A stretch of 63,265 bases of DNA, filler included, from Octopus bimaculoides (taxonomy: Eukaryota), in NCBI RefSeq assembly GCF_001194135.2. It is 10 parts of 9 records of this genome, joined end to end, with 100 filler letters (N's around TTAATTAATTAA, not from the genome) between each part and the next. Parts side by side here need not be neighbours in the genome. Positions count along the whole stretch, not along the records: positions 51,199 to 54,375 come from NC_068982.1; positions 54,476 to 57,202 come from NW_026349062.1; positions 57,303 to 60,339 come from NC_068992.1; positions 60,440 to 63,265 come from NC_068983.1; 6 more parts are not named here. One strand, 5' to 3'. The notes beneath the pieces are model-generated. The model was not told the DNA's origin. It made no database searches and was given only the letters and a program-made list of their open reading frames with translations. The translations under genes and the position numbers were made by a program. The stretch's first letter is position 1, and each line of letters begins with the position of its first letter. Below, piece after piece: positions 52,880 to 63,265 of this stretch.

Positions 52880-53717
52880 CTAAGGTGCAAAACGATTCCT
52901 TTTGCATCGATGAAACAAATGAACATCGTCTTGACATTGAACTCTACTTGACGCGCTTTTTGGAGGTGTGGTGATAATGAACGCTTCTGTTGACTTGATT
53001 GCTGCTTCGTTTCCATTGACGTGATTGCTGCTTCATAGCACCAGCTTTCGTCACCAGTGATGACCTTCGGAAGAAGGGTCAGATCAACTTCCAACTGTTC
53101 TTTCAATTCACGACACGCATTCATTCGCGACTGCTTTTGATATTCAGTGAACAAGCGAGGCACAAATTTTGCTGCAACTCTTTTCGTTTGCAATTCCTCG
53201 CTCTAAATTTGTTTGCAGGAGCTCCAGGATATACCAGTCATATCATGTTCATCAATTGTTCGGCGACGATCCTCCAAGATCAGTTTATGAATTTTTGTGA
53301 TGTTTTCATTCGTTCAAGAGTTTGACGGTCGCCCTGAACGAGGTTGGTCTTCAAGTGATAAGTGACCATTCCTGAAGAGTGAAAACCACTCGTAAACTTG
53401 TGTTTTGCCTATGGCAGCGTTCTTGTAAGCTGCTTGGATCATCTCAACTGTTTAGGTCGTAGTTTTCCATTGCGGAAAATGGAATTACACGGAATTACAT
53501 TGTTCCTTCGTTTCAGCCATTGCAAAAATCAACAAAAGAGAGGAGAAGCACTGCAAAACAAATACGCACCACGTGTCAGTACGACTTCATTCAACGACAC
53601 CGGTTGGCAGACTGTTGCCTGAGGGTCGCATGAAGTGGCTTCTAACAGTGGAAGCCTGAACTACAACGGGCTCGACCCACAGAGAACGTTTCCGGTTACT
53701 TTTAGGCACCCCTCGTA
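52880..53717 (-). mobile_element. mariner transposon 5' half (TIR, HTH, first catalytic Asp), pseudogenised
   Basis: TA-CGAGGGGTGCCTAAAAGTAACCGG TIR at 53717, then KTQVYEWF...LEDQPRSGRP, KRVAAKFVPR, VITGDESWCY and KTMFICFIDAKGIV. Confidence 0.9.
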
Positions 53718-53758
53718 TATATATGTAAGAGTAAAGACCCTCTGGGAAGTTGCACACA

Positions 53759-53813
<55 letters not shown>

Positions 53814-54532
53814 TCTCAAATGAAGGATAATGCTAATAATATAACCTGAACAGGATAAACTACCCCTGTTTTGCAGAAGAAAACAGCCAATGTATATGAA
53901 AACAAGGACGGAAAAAAACAAGGGGCTGGCCAGATTGGAGCAACCTCGAGTATAACCAGCCGAAATTGCAAAGATAATCTGGAACTCGACTAAGGATTAA
54001 AAAAACTCCGAATAACCCGTCCTTGTTTTCTTTGTATCGTCTGTCTGGGTGTTTTTTGTATCACCTAATTGTCTGGATGTTTTGCATTCTTGTCTCATTT
54101 TTGTATTTTTATATATAAAATATAGCGGCGTACGTACACTTTGGTCTCTTATATGTAAGTATGTATATATATATATCTAAATTTTGTACGACTCTATTAT
54201 TCTTTCTACTCTTTCATTCTTTGCTTCTTTCTATCAGTCCTTTCACACTTCGTTCATTCCACTCTTCGTTCTTTCGTTCCCCATCTCTCACATTTCCTGG
54301 CCTTCTCTTCATGCTCGCTTTCCCTCATCTTTCACTTCACTGTGTCGCTTTCATTTTCTCTCGCCCCTCCTTAATNNNNNNNNNNNNNNNNNNNNNNNNN
54401 NNNNNNNNNNNNNNNNNNNTTAATTAATTAANNNNNNNNNNNNNNNNNNNNNNNNNNNNNNNNNNNNNNNNNNNNTATAAACTGTGAAGGGAAGCTGTGG
54501 ATGAGGCAGAGCCAAGAAGACATTGAAGCAGC

Positions 54533-54789
54533 AAATGCTATTTTCCAACATAATGTGGCTGTCCTGAAAGGGACGATGGTACTGCTGTTTTAACTCTTAA
54601 AAACATCGTTTCTAGCTGGCTATACGACACAAAAGCTCTGTGTCCTTATATCTTTGAACAGAGAGTTCAGCAACCAAGGAGACAGATAGTGTGTCGTATA
54701 ACTAGCTAGAAACGATGTTTCTTTGGGCTAAAACAACAATAACATCGTCCCTTTCAGGACAGCCCACATTATGTTGGCAAATAGCGTTT
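54533..54789. repeat. Palindromic fold-back element (about 115-bp arms, 28-nt loop)
   Basis: CCAACATAATGTGG..CTGTCCTGAAAGGGACGATG...AAACATCGTTTCTAGCT..TATACGACAC is mirrored on the right arm. It shares an inner core with 28142-28309. Confidence 0.9.
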
Positions 54790-54846
54790 ACTTTGCATTC
54801 AAATTTAAAAGTGGACATTTATAGTATTTTATTGTTGTTTGCTTAC

Positions 54847-55001
54847 CAAAGACAACCGAAGGAACGTAGGATCCAGCACCACCAACAGCAGTGATAAAAC
54901 GTAACCCATATATGGTATAAATATTGGAGATTAAAGCCATTGCTATTCCAGTTGACCCTTGCAAAAATAAACACACAATTATCACTTTCTTCCGACCAAA
55001 T
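54847..55001 (-). CDS. Internal coding exon of an SLC22/organic cation transporter-like MFS gene
   Basis: ctttttcag|A TTT GGT CGG AAG...GTC TTT G|gtaagc, 155 nt, phase 2 to 1. It encodes (R)FGRKKVIIVCLFLQGSTGIAMALISNIYTIYGLRFITAVGGAGSYVPSVVF, which carries the end of MFS motif A (RFGRK), TM3-TM4 and the RF..G..G motif. Confidence 0.85.
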
Positions 55002-55094
55002 CTGAAAAAGATTAAAGTGACAAACTTAAAATTCATCTGATTAAATTCATAAGTAAATAAATAAATAAATAAATAAATTCATCAGCAAAAGAGA

Positions 55095-55210
55095 CCAATA
55101 GAATAAGAAGCAGAATTTTAAAAAATTAAGTCCTGGGGTCGATTTGTTTTTAATTAAAAACCAATCAAAGCAGTGCTCCAGCACGGCCACAGTTAAATGG
55201 CTGAAACAAT
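55095..55210 (-). mobile_element. SINE 3' end (this family's 3' end reads in the plus direction here)
   Basis: GAGACCAATAGAATAAG...CAGTGCTCCAGCACGGCCACAG...CTGAAAC, as in 44160-44265. Orientation matches the plus-strand copies, so the strand call is uncertain. Confidence 0.6.
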
Positions 55211-55249
55211 TAAAAGAATATATATAATGTACTGATAGAAATTTCAGCA

Positions 55250-56070
55250 AAGCAAGTAGCCCATCTGGTGAGAGATAAATATTATTTACTTAAAGGACAC
55301 AATACATGTGCCCTTTAAGCGCTACTAATAGTTTAACACAATGAGAAATACTCAAACATACACTTTGGGCGCAAACCACAAATGACAAAGAACTAAAAAA
55401 ATTGAGTAATAGAAGAAAGGCAAAAAACTGTATATAAAAAAAACGTAGAAAGTAAAAAATGGAAAATGAAAAACGGAAAACGAAAACTAAAATGTAAAAA
55501 TAAAAAGTAAAAATTAAAAGAGCTATTCTCCTTAGACCTTAAATGAAAAGGCTGGAAAGATATGAAGTTAATCAGGAATAGGCAGAATTTTCCAATTCTT
55601 CAAAATATATTTATAGAAATGCTTGCAACCACTAAAAGTTTCTGAGTTCAGTAGAGAGTTAGGAATCTTAGATCTGAACAAGATCGGCGCTCTTTCAACC
55701 AAACAAAGCCTACATTTATTCAATCCATTGACATAAGGTATGTATTTCTCAATTACTTTCCATTTTATCACATCTAGTGCTTCGTTATCTTTCAAACTCC
55801 ATACGTAGCTAGCCAACTTAGTAGCTTTACTTTTCTCCCTTTGTCGGAAGGAGGCTATGTGATTGGCAAAGCAATTTTAAAATTCACCTTCACATAATCC
55901 AATATAGGTCCTCTTATCCGTTGTATTATTATTCAGGGTTGCAGTAACTTCTGTCTCATAATTCATAGATTTAATCATACATCATTGGTCAAGTGGCCAG
56001 AATCCTGGGTCGCCACAATTGCAACTGGATTTAGGCTTTTGGTATTGACCACATGTCATGATATTCTTCA
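55250..56070 (-). mobile_element. PLE linker plus GIY-YIG remnant (Naiad-like) with 3' pLTR
   Basis: SSCNCGDPGFWPLDQ*CM...RTYIGLCEGEF...KLASYVWSLKDN...PYVNGLNKCRLCLVER...SGCKH. Confidence 0.82.
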
Positions 56071-56719
56071 TATTGGGGCAGGAACTATATGATTTTTTCA
56101 CAGAACGCCTATTANNNNNNNNNNNNNNNNNNNNNNNNNNNNNNNNNNNNNNNNNNNNNNNNNNNNNNNNNNNNNNNNNNNNNNNNNNNNNNNNNNNNNN
56201 NNNNNNNNNNNNNNNNNNNNNNNNNNNNNNNNNNNNNNNNNNNNNNNNNNNNNNNNNNNNNNNNNNNNNNNNNNNNNNNNNNNNNNNNNNNNNNNNNNNN
56301 NNNNNNNNNNNNNNNNNNNNNNNNNNNNNNNNNNNNNNNNNNNNNNNNNNNNNNNNNNNNNNNNNNNNNNNNNNNNNNNNNNNNNNNNNNNNNNNNNNNN
56401 NNNNNNNNNNNNNNNNNNNNNNNNNNNNNNNNNNNNNNNNNNNNNNNNNNNNNNNNNNNNNNNNNNNNNNNNNNNNNNNNNNNNNNNNNNNNNNNNNNNN
56501 NNNNNNNNNNNNNNNNNNNNNNNNNNNNNNNNNNNNNNNNNNNNNNNNNNNNNNNNNNNTCTATAGATTTCTTGGTAACACGCAGAAGCATTTGTTACGG
56601 TAAAAGAAACTTTTGCACGTTGTTTAAAATTTGGATCTTGTGATAGAAAAATAAAACGTGTAAACCCGGGGGTCTCGTAAAGCGAGTTCTAGTAATGTGA
56701 AGTATTACTGTATACCATC

Positions 56720-57200
56720 ATCATCATCGTTTAATGTCCACTTTCCATGCTGGCATGGGTTGGACGGTTTGACTGAGAACTGGTGAGCCAGAAGGCTGCA
56801 CCAGGCTCCAATCTGATCTGGCAGAGTTTCTACAGCTGGATGCCCTTCCTAACGCCAACCACTCCGAGAGTGTAGTGGGTGCTTTTACGTGCCACCGGCA
56901 CGAAGGCCAGTCACATGGTACTGGCAACGGCCACGCTCAAAAAGGTGTTTTTTATGTGCCACCTGCTCGGGTGCCAGTCCAGCGGCACTGGTAACGACCT
57001 CGCTCGAATGATTTTCTAACGTGCCACCAGCACAAGTGCTAGAAGGCAACGCTGGTTTACGATTACATTCAAATGGTGCTATTTACGGGCTACTAGCACG
57101 GAAGCCGGACAGCTGCTCTGGCAATGAACACGATGGACAGTGCTGTTAGTATTCCACTGGCACAGGTGTCAGTCATCGAGTATGGTTCAATTACGATTTC
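56720..57200. mobile_element. Dispersed SINE/RTE-tail-type repeat with (CAT)n end
   Basis: CATCATCATCGTTTAATGTCC...GCTGGATGCCCTTCCTAACGCCAACCACTC. Related copies lie at 58117-58255, 58420-58600 and about 58925-59000. Confidence 0.7.
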
Positions 57201-57334
57201 ACNNNNNNNNNNNNNNNNNNNNNNNNNNNNNNNNNNNNNNNNNNNNTTAATTAATTAANNNNNNNNNNNNNNNNNNNNNNNNNNNNNNNNNNNNNNNNNN
57301 NNATATGTCTGGAGGTAATTATGAGGTATAAAAA

Positions 57335-57369
<35 letters not shown>

Positions 57370-57517
57370 ATGATTCACAATCAAAGGTGCAGAAATGGTG
57401 TATTCCGAATGAATAAAAAGGTGACGTAATCCAATGGTAGAGAGAAATCTATGAATCAGGTACTCCAAACAGTTGGAAGGATGAGGCCATTCCATGTGAG
57501 TGTGCAGTAAATAGTCA

Positions 57518-58116
57518 ATTCAGAGAACAAACAATTAAAAAAAGAGAGGAAAAAAAAGGTAAAAAAAACGAATGTGAGGAAGTGCACAAGCAATACACTA
57601 ATTTGATGCTCAGTGAAAGGAGAGAGTTGTTAATGTTTTGAGCATAGCTCTTTGTTGGAAAGGGGAAAGTCCAAGGAGAAAGAAGGAAATATAAGGAAAA
57701 GTCAGGAAAAATCACCAGCAGTCCACGTGTAGTTACATTTCTGAAGTGACTGGAAGTGGAAGGAGAAGGAGAAAGTGGTTTCTGGGACAGGAGAGTGTGA
57801 AGATGATCATGCAGTTACTGCCACATACACATACACACACTGACATTCTTCACACTCTCCTGTCTCAGAAACTACTTTCTCCTTCTCCTTCCATTTCCGG
57901 TCACTTCAGAAATGTAACTGCACATGGATTGTTGGTGAATTTTCCTTATATTTCCTTCTCTCTCTGTGGATTCTCCTCTTCCTGACAAAGAGCTATGCTT
58001 GAAACATTAACAACTTTCTCCTTTCACCAAGTGTTAAATTAATATATTGCTTGTGCATGTCCTTACGTTCATTTTTTACCTTTTTCTTCTGTTTTTTAAT
58101 TGTTTGTTCTTTGAAT
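57518..58116. repeat. 600-bp fold-back (arms about 290/276 bp, 31-nt loop), probably inverted PLE pLTRs
   Basis: The left arm ...GTTACATTTCTGAAGTGACTGGAAGTGGAAGGAGAAGGAGAAAGTGG... is the reverse complement of the right arm ...CTTTCTCCTTCTCCTTCCATTTCCGGTCACTTCAGAAATGTAAC.... A degenerate hammerhead core lies at 57982-58010. Confidence 0.9.
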
Positions 58117-59756
58117 CATCATCATCACCATTCAATGTCCGTTGTTCATGGGTTGGACGGTTTGACTGGGCTGGTACACTGGATGCCCTTCCTAATGCCA
58201 ACCACTCTGAGATTGTAATGAGTGCTTTTACATGCCACTAGCATGGGTGCCATTTGCATATCTATATATATAGATACCTGGTGCCTGGCTGTACTCAAGA
58301 AAACCCATAACCCACAATGGAACTGTTAAAACCAATCCTTCTGGTAGTGGTGCTACATAAAAGCACCCATATGGTGACATTTAAAATCACCTGTGCAGGG
58401 ACACTTGAAAGCGCTTGTGCAGTGCCACATAAAAGCACCCAGCACACTCTGCAAAGTGGTTGGCATTAGGAAGGGCATCCAGCCATAGAAATCATGCCAA
58501 ATCAGACTGGAGTCAAGTGCAGCCCCACCAGCTTGCCAGCTCTGGTCACACTGCTCAACCTATGCCAGCATGGACAATGTATGTTAACTAATGATGATGA
58601 TGATGATGGTGATGATATATATATATATATATATATANNNNNNNNNNNNNNNNNNNNNNNNNNNNNNNNNNNNNNNNNNNNNNNNNNNNNNNNNNNNNNN
58701 NNNNNNNNNNNNNNNNNNNNNNNNNNNNNNNNNNNNNNNNNNNNNNNNNNNNNNNNNNNNNNNNNNNNNNNNNNNNNNNNNNNNNNNNNNNNNNNNNNNN
58801 NNNNNNNNNNNNNNNNNNNNNNNNNNNNNNNNNNNNTATATATATGACAGGTGTATTTACGTTTGCATCTACCAAATTCACTCGAGGGTTTGTTTGAACT
58901 AAAGCTATGGCAGAAGTGATTTATACGGCTGGCTGCCCTTCCCAACAGCAACCACTTTACAGAGTGTACTGGATACTTTTTTCATGTCACCAGCACAAGT
59001 GAGGTTGAAATATAACTTGCAAATTAGAAAAGGAAAAGGAAAGTTCCCACTCCTGAGAGGAAGGATCTGGGAGGGGAAGATGGAGGTTTGTGGCTTTCTG
59101 CCACGTGTTGAAAGGCTAACGTGTGATAGAGGGACAAGCACATGGCTGAAGAAGATAACAAGAAGGCAGTGATGGGGAGCGAGAACAAATTTTCAAAAAA
59201 AAGGTGAGCATTAGGGAGAACATGGAGAGTGGGTCATGGGAAAGAGGAGGTAGAAGTCAGAGGTTAAATGCAGTGAGTGATGAGCAAAGAAATGATGAGA
59301 AATATCAGTATGGAGATAGGGAAGGTGAAGGATAATCATAATTCACTACTTTTTGGATAATTTTGCTCTGCTTTTTATGAAACCAATCTGGCATTCTTTT
59401 GATTGCAGCAAACTAATATTTCAATCAATTAGTCACCATGTCAAAAATATGAAGACACATTTACCTATTACAAAATGAGGAGTTTCTCCTGAAAAATTAT
59501 GCCAATGTCCTCGATGCAGCTGAAATGACATGTTGTCTGCCAGCTTCTTCCAGCCATTTGCTTTTCGTGAGACTTTTTTACCATACAGGTGAATTTCTAG
59601 TAAATAGGAAGGCAGCAGGCAAGTAAGTTCCTGAAAAGAAGAAACCAAAATCTAAATTAAGGAACTAAATTTTCAAATATTTGGTTATTTGACATTGTGT
59701 AATCTGTAAATTTTTTTCAAGACTACAACTCTTATCATTTCAGTGGTTCCCAACAT

Positions 59757-60339
59757 TGGATTGTGACTATGTGGTATGACGTCAGTGACTGGGGAGGCTG
59801 ACTGGAAGGGCGAGTTGACCGGAAGAGGAAAAAGGGCAGAGGGAGCCTCGATCGGGATTCGTGCTTTTTTCGAACGGGGTCGTGGTCAGGAGAGGACGTG
59901 CCAAGTGACGGTCTAGGTTTGGGAGAAGCAGCTGCTATTCCTAGTGTTCTTTGGGTCGGGGCAAGCTTCAAGGATTGGATACCGCAAGACAGACTCGCAG
60001 TCGAAGACAGGAAAACTGAGGTAAGGCGATTACATCTACTCGCACGCATACACCACAAGCTATTTCGGCCCCACGTGTAGAAATTCGTGGCAATGGCAGC
60101 CAAGATTAGAATCGCCAGCGATGTGATCAGGCCTTTTAATGGCGAAGGAGATGTGATGGCTTGGATGCGAAAAATTAGGCTCATTGCCAAGCTGCAAGGA
60201 ATAAGTAATGTGGCGAGTCTCATGGCGCTATACTTGGAAGGGAGCGCCCTGACCCTGTATTTAGAAATGGACGAGGAAGAGAGGCTAAGTGTGGAGAACA
60301 TCAAACGGAGATTGAGAGAAGTGTATACGGAGAGCGATT
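59757..60339 (+). mobile_element. Ty3/gypsy-type LTR retrotransposon 5' region and gag N-terminus, truncated by a gap
   Basis: MAAKIRIASDVIRPFNGEGDVMAWMRKIRLIAKLQGISNVASLMALYLEGSALTLYLEM...IKRRLREVY, with a GC-richer leader. LTR and PBS boundaries are not resolved. Confidence 0.7.
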
Positions 60340-60748
60340 NNNNNNNNNNNNNNNNNNNNNNNNNNNNNNNNNNNNNNNNNNNNTTAATTAATTAANNNNN
60401 NNNNNNNNNNNNNNNNNNNNNNNNNNNNNNNNNNNNNNNATATACATATATGAATCTAGGCAGTACAAATTTAGCTCATCTGAAATAGATAGTCACCGAG
60501 AATGCACAACAGTCAACCAGTAGTCGGTACTTTAACAATATGCCTCTAAGTGAATTAAACAATCGGGAAGAACAGAATTCAAACATACCACATAAAAGAA
60601 AATATAGATTGCCAGTTGACTTATAAGAAATTTAGACATACATACATAGAAACATACATATATATATATATACATGCATACATGCATAAGCACGCACGCA
60701 CACATACATACACACACATATATATACATACACATACATACACACACA

Positions 60749-60792
<44 letters not shown>

Positions 60793-61236
60793 CCTTATAC
60801 ATGTATGCTTGTACATACACTATGAAACACTGATTCAAGGACTCATATACACTCAAACGTTCGCGTTTAATTGTTTTCAGCATTATTGGCTCTATTGTTC
60901 TAAACTTGAACGGAAATTCTGCTTTAAACAGGTTTTTGTTTACAAACCCTATTGAAATTATTGAAATTCTTGGTGGCTCCAACCGAGACTTGTCAAAACA
61001 GTAATATCTGAAACCTGATCATCGTGGGTTGCTTTTGACTCCAAAGAAGGCGTTAACGTTTTTATTTATTTTTTCGAGTCCTTTCTATCGTTATTAGTTT
61101 AGTCGTTGTATTTCTTATCTTTAATATGCCTTAATTTCAAGCAAGAGGCGAGAGATATGAGTTCTACAAGCACTTTAATCCTGGGAAAAAAATGAATGAA
61201 AGACAGAAAGAAATTAAATTTTCGTTGCTCTATTCT

Positions 61237-61436
61237 CTCACTTTGGGTAAAAGAAAATACAGGCGGATCAGTTAACTATAATTTTACTCAACGTATTCCC
61301 CTCTCAGATTCACACACTTACTGCAGCAGTCCTTCAGTTTTTTCTAAGCCCTGTAAAAGAACTCGTAAGATTAGGCCTTCAACTAGGCCTTTCGCGAAAC
61401 CCTTAAAGCCAAGAACTTTTCAGTACCCTTTCGTAA
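61237..61436 (-). mobile_element. Non-autonomous mariner-derived remnant
   Basis: TACGAAAGGGTACTGAAAAGTTCTTGGC TIR-like end, with a transposase-terminus trace LEKTEG...CVNLRGEYVE*. Confidence 0.6.
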
Positions 61437-61569
61437 ATATGGATTTATTATAGTGAATATGACTTCACGTAAATTTGTTGGAGAGATGGATAGTTTATTG
61501 ACACTATATCGAGTATATTAGGTGGCGAGCAGGCAAAATCGTTAGAACTCTTGGGTAGCACGTTTCCGG

Positions 61570-61651
<82 letters not shown>

Positions 61652-62370
61652 AGCTCTGTAAGTTGTTGCCGTTTTTACCCGGAAATNNNNNNNNNNNNNN
61701 NNNNNNNNNNNNNNNNNNNNNNNNNNNNNNNNNNNNNNNNNNNNNNNNNNNNNNNNNNNNNNNNNNNNNNNNNNNNNNNNNNNNNNNNNNNNNNNNNNNN
61801 NNNNNNNNNNNNNNNNNNNNNNNNNNNNNNNNNNNNNNNNNNNNNNNNNNNNNNNNNNNNNNNNNNNNNNNNNNNNNNNNNNNNNNNNNNNNNNNNNNNN
61901 NNNNNNNNNNNNNNNNNNNNNNNNNNNNNNNNNNNNNNNNNNNNNNNNNNNNNNNNNNNNNNNNNNNNNNNNNNNNNNNNNNNNNNNNNNNNNNNNNNNN
62001 NNNNNNNNNNNNNNNNNNNNNNNNNNNNNNNNNNNNNNNNNNNNNNNNNNNNNNNNNNNNNNNNNNNNNNNNNNNNNNNNNNNNNNNNNNNNNNNNNNNN
62101 NNNNNNNNNNNNNNNNNNNNNNNNNNNNNNNNNNNNNNNNNNNNNNNNNNNNNNNNNNNNNNNNNNNNNNNNNNNNNNNNNNNNNNNNNNNNNNNNNNNN
62201 NNNNNNNNNNNNNNNNNNNNNNNNNNNNNNNNNNNNNNNNNNNNNNNNNNNNNNNNNNNNNNNNNNNNNNNNNNNNNNNNNNNNNNNNNNNNNNNNNNNN
62301 NNNNNNNNNNNNNNNNNNNNNNNNNNNNNNNNNNNNNNNNNNNNNNNNNNNNNNNNNNNNNNNNNNNNNN

Positions 62371-63265
62371 GTATACAAGGTATTCAACACAAGATACCAA
62401 AAGATGGAGAATGCTACCCCACAGAGATTGGAGATAGCTCTAAAGCTCATATGGGGCCAAAAAAGCTTCATAACCAAAGGGAAGCGCTTTGGAACAGTGG
62501 AAGTGCGCTTCCAAACGGAAGAGGATGCCATCCGGCACTCTACAACACCGACGCGTGACAGAAATAAAAATAAATCATGTGCCGCCAGAACTGAACATCT
62601 CCTGGCTAGTGGCAGCTATGCTCTTCGACATTGAAGAGACTGCCACTATTCTGGAGGTGAACAGAGTGAAAGAAAAAAACTGGTTGGGCATGGAAATGCA
62701 ACTCCTTGTTCAGATTGTACAAGATAGCATAAATACCATACCCGACGCAATAGACCTGCCGGATGGCAGTAGAATACACATTGCTGTAGAGGGGCGCAGA
62801 CCAAAGTCCTACCTCTGCAGCAGTGAAAAACACCTAAAAAAAGACTGCCCTATCTACAAGCAAAGAATGGAGGCAGACAAAAACAGAAAATTGCAGCAAC
62901 AACAACAACAACCAAAAGCCTCCACACCACCAACACCATCACCACCAGCACCACGAAAAGCGACACCACCATCTCCAGCCATCACCAAACCAACACCAAC
63001 ACCAACACCAAGAACCTCCACACCAAAAAAGATAACAGAACCAGCAACAACAGAACCAGCAACAACAACAACAGAAATTGTAAAAGAATCTTCGCCAGAT
63101 CCAACAAACATTCCCTTTCCAGATCAGATCATCTCGGATTGTGCGAGCACTGATAGTGAGAAAGGGAAGTGGCACACTGTACCACCAACAAAAAAACGAA
63201 GAAGAAAGACAAAAGAAACAATTGACAAAGAGGGGAGGCGCGAAAAAGGTGAGCTTCCCAACATC
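62371..63265 (+). mobile_element. L1/Tx1-type ORF1 remnant related to 33828-35103
   Basis: FGTVEVRFQTEEDAIRHST, a frameshift, then RVTEIKINHVPPEL...LPDGSRIHIAVEGRRPKSYLCSSEKHLKKDCP and a long P/T-rich tail running off the window. Confidence 0.78.

Noticed and set aside
55940-56030. In-frame TGA codons in Naiad-like fragments as possible selenocysteine recoding
   Set aside because: The TGAs seen (Q*C here; YI*LC and YI*SL in the 16750 copy) replace non-Cys positions and are explained by ordinary decay.
61313-61350. Strong-looking minus-strand donor (CA|GTAAGT) with a nearby acceptor
   Set aside because: It lies inside a mariner-derived remnant, and the exon would be only 29 nt.

Overview
Eukaryotic, repeat-dominated scaffold with many N gaps, most likely from an octopod cephalopod. 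The assignment is inferred from the tRNA-derived SINE families and the extreme microsatellite density. The only well-supported host-gene piece is one 155-nt minus-strand exon (54847-55001) of an SLC22/organic-cation-transporter-like MFS gene, so much of the window is probably intron or flank of that gene. The rest is decayed mobile DNA: three R4/Dong-type non-LTR 3' ends, many Penelope-like element (PLE) RT and GIY-YIG fragments, CR1/L2-type LINE pieces, two L1/Tx1-type ORF1 remnants, a Ty3/gypsy gag, mariner, pogo/Tigger and hAT MITEs, and SINEs. The most interesting signals absent from the ORF track are several minimal hammerhead-ribozyme motifs, long fold-back hairpins near the transporter exon, and a degenerate BTB-BACK (kelch-like) pseudogene. 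There are no prokaryotic features and no CRISPR array. All family calls come from motif recognition by eye; no database searches were run.
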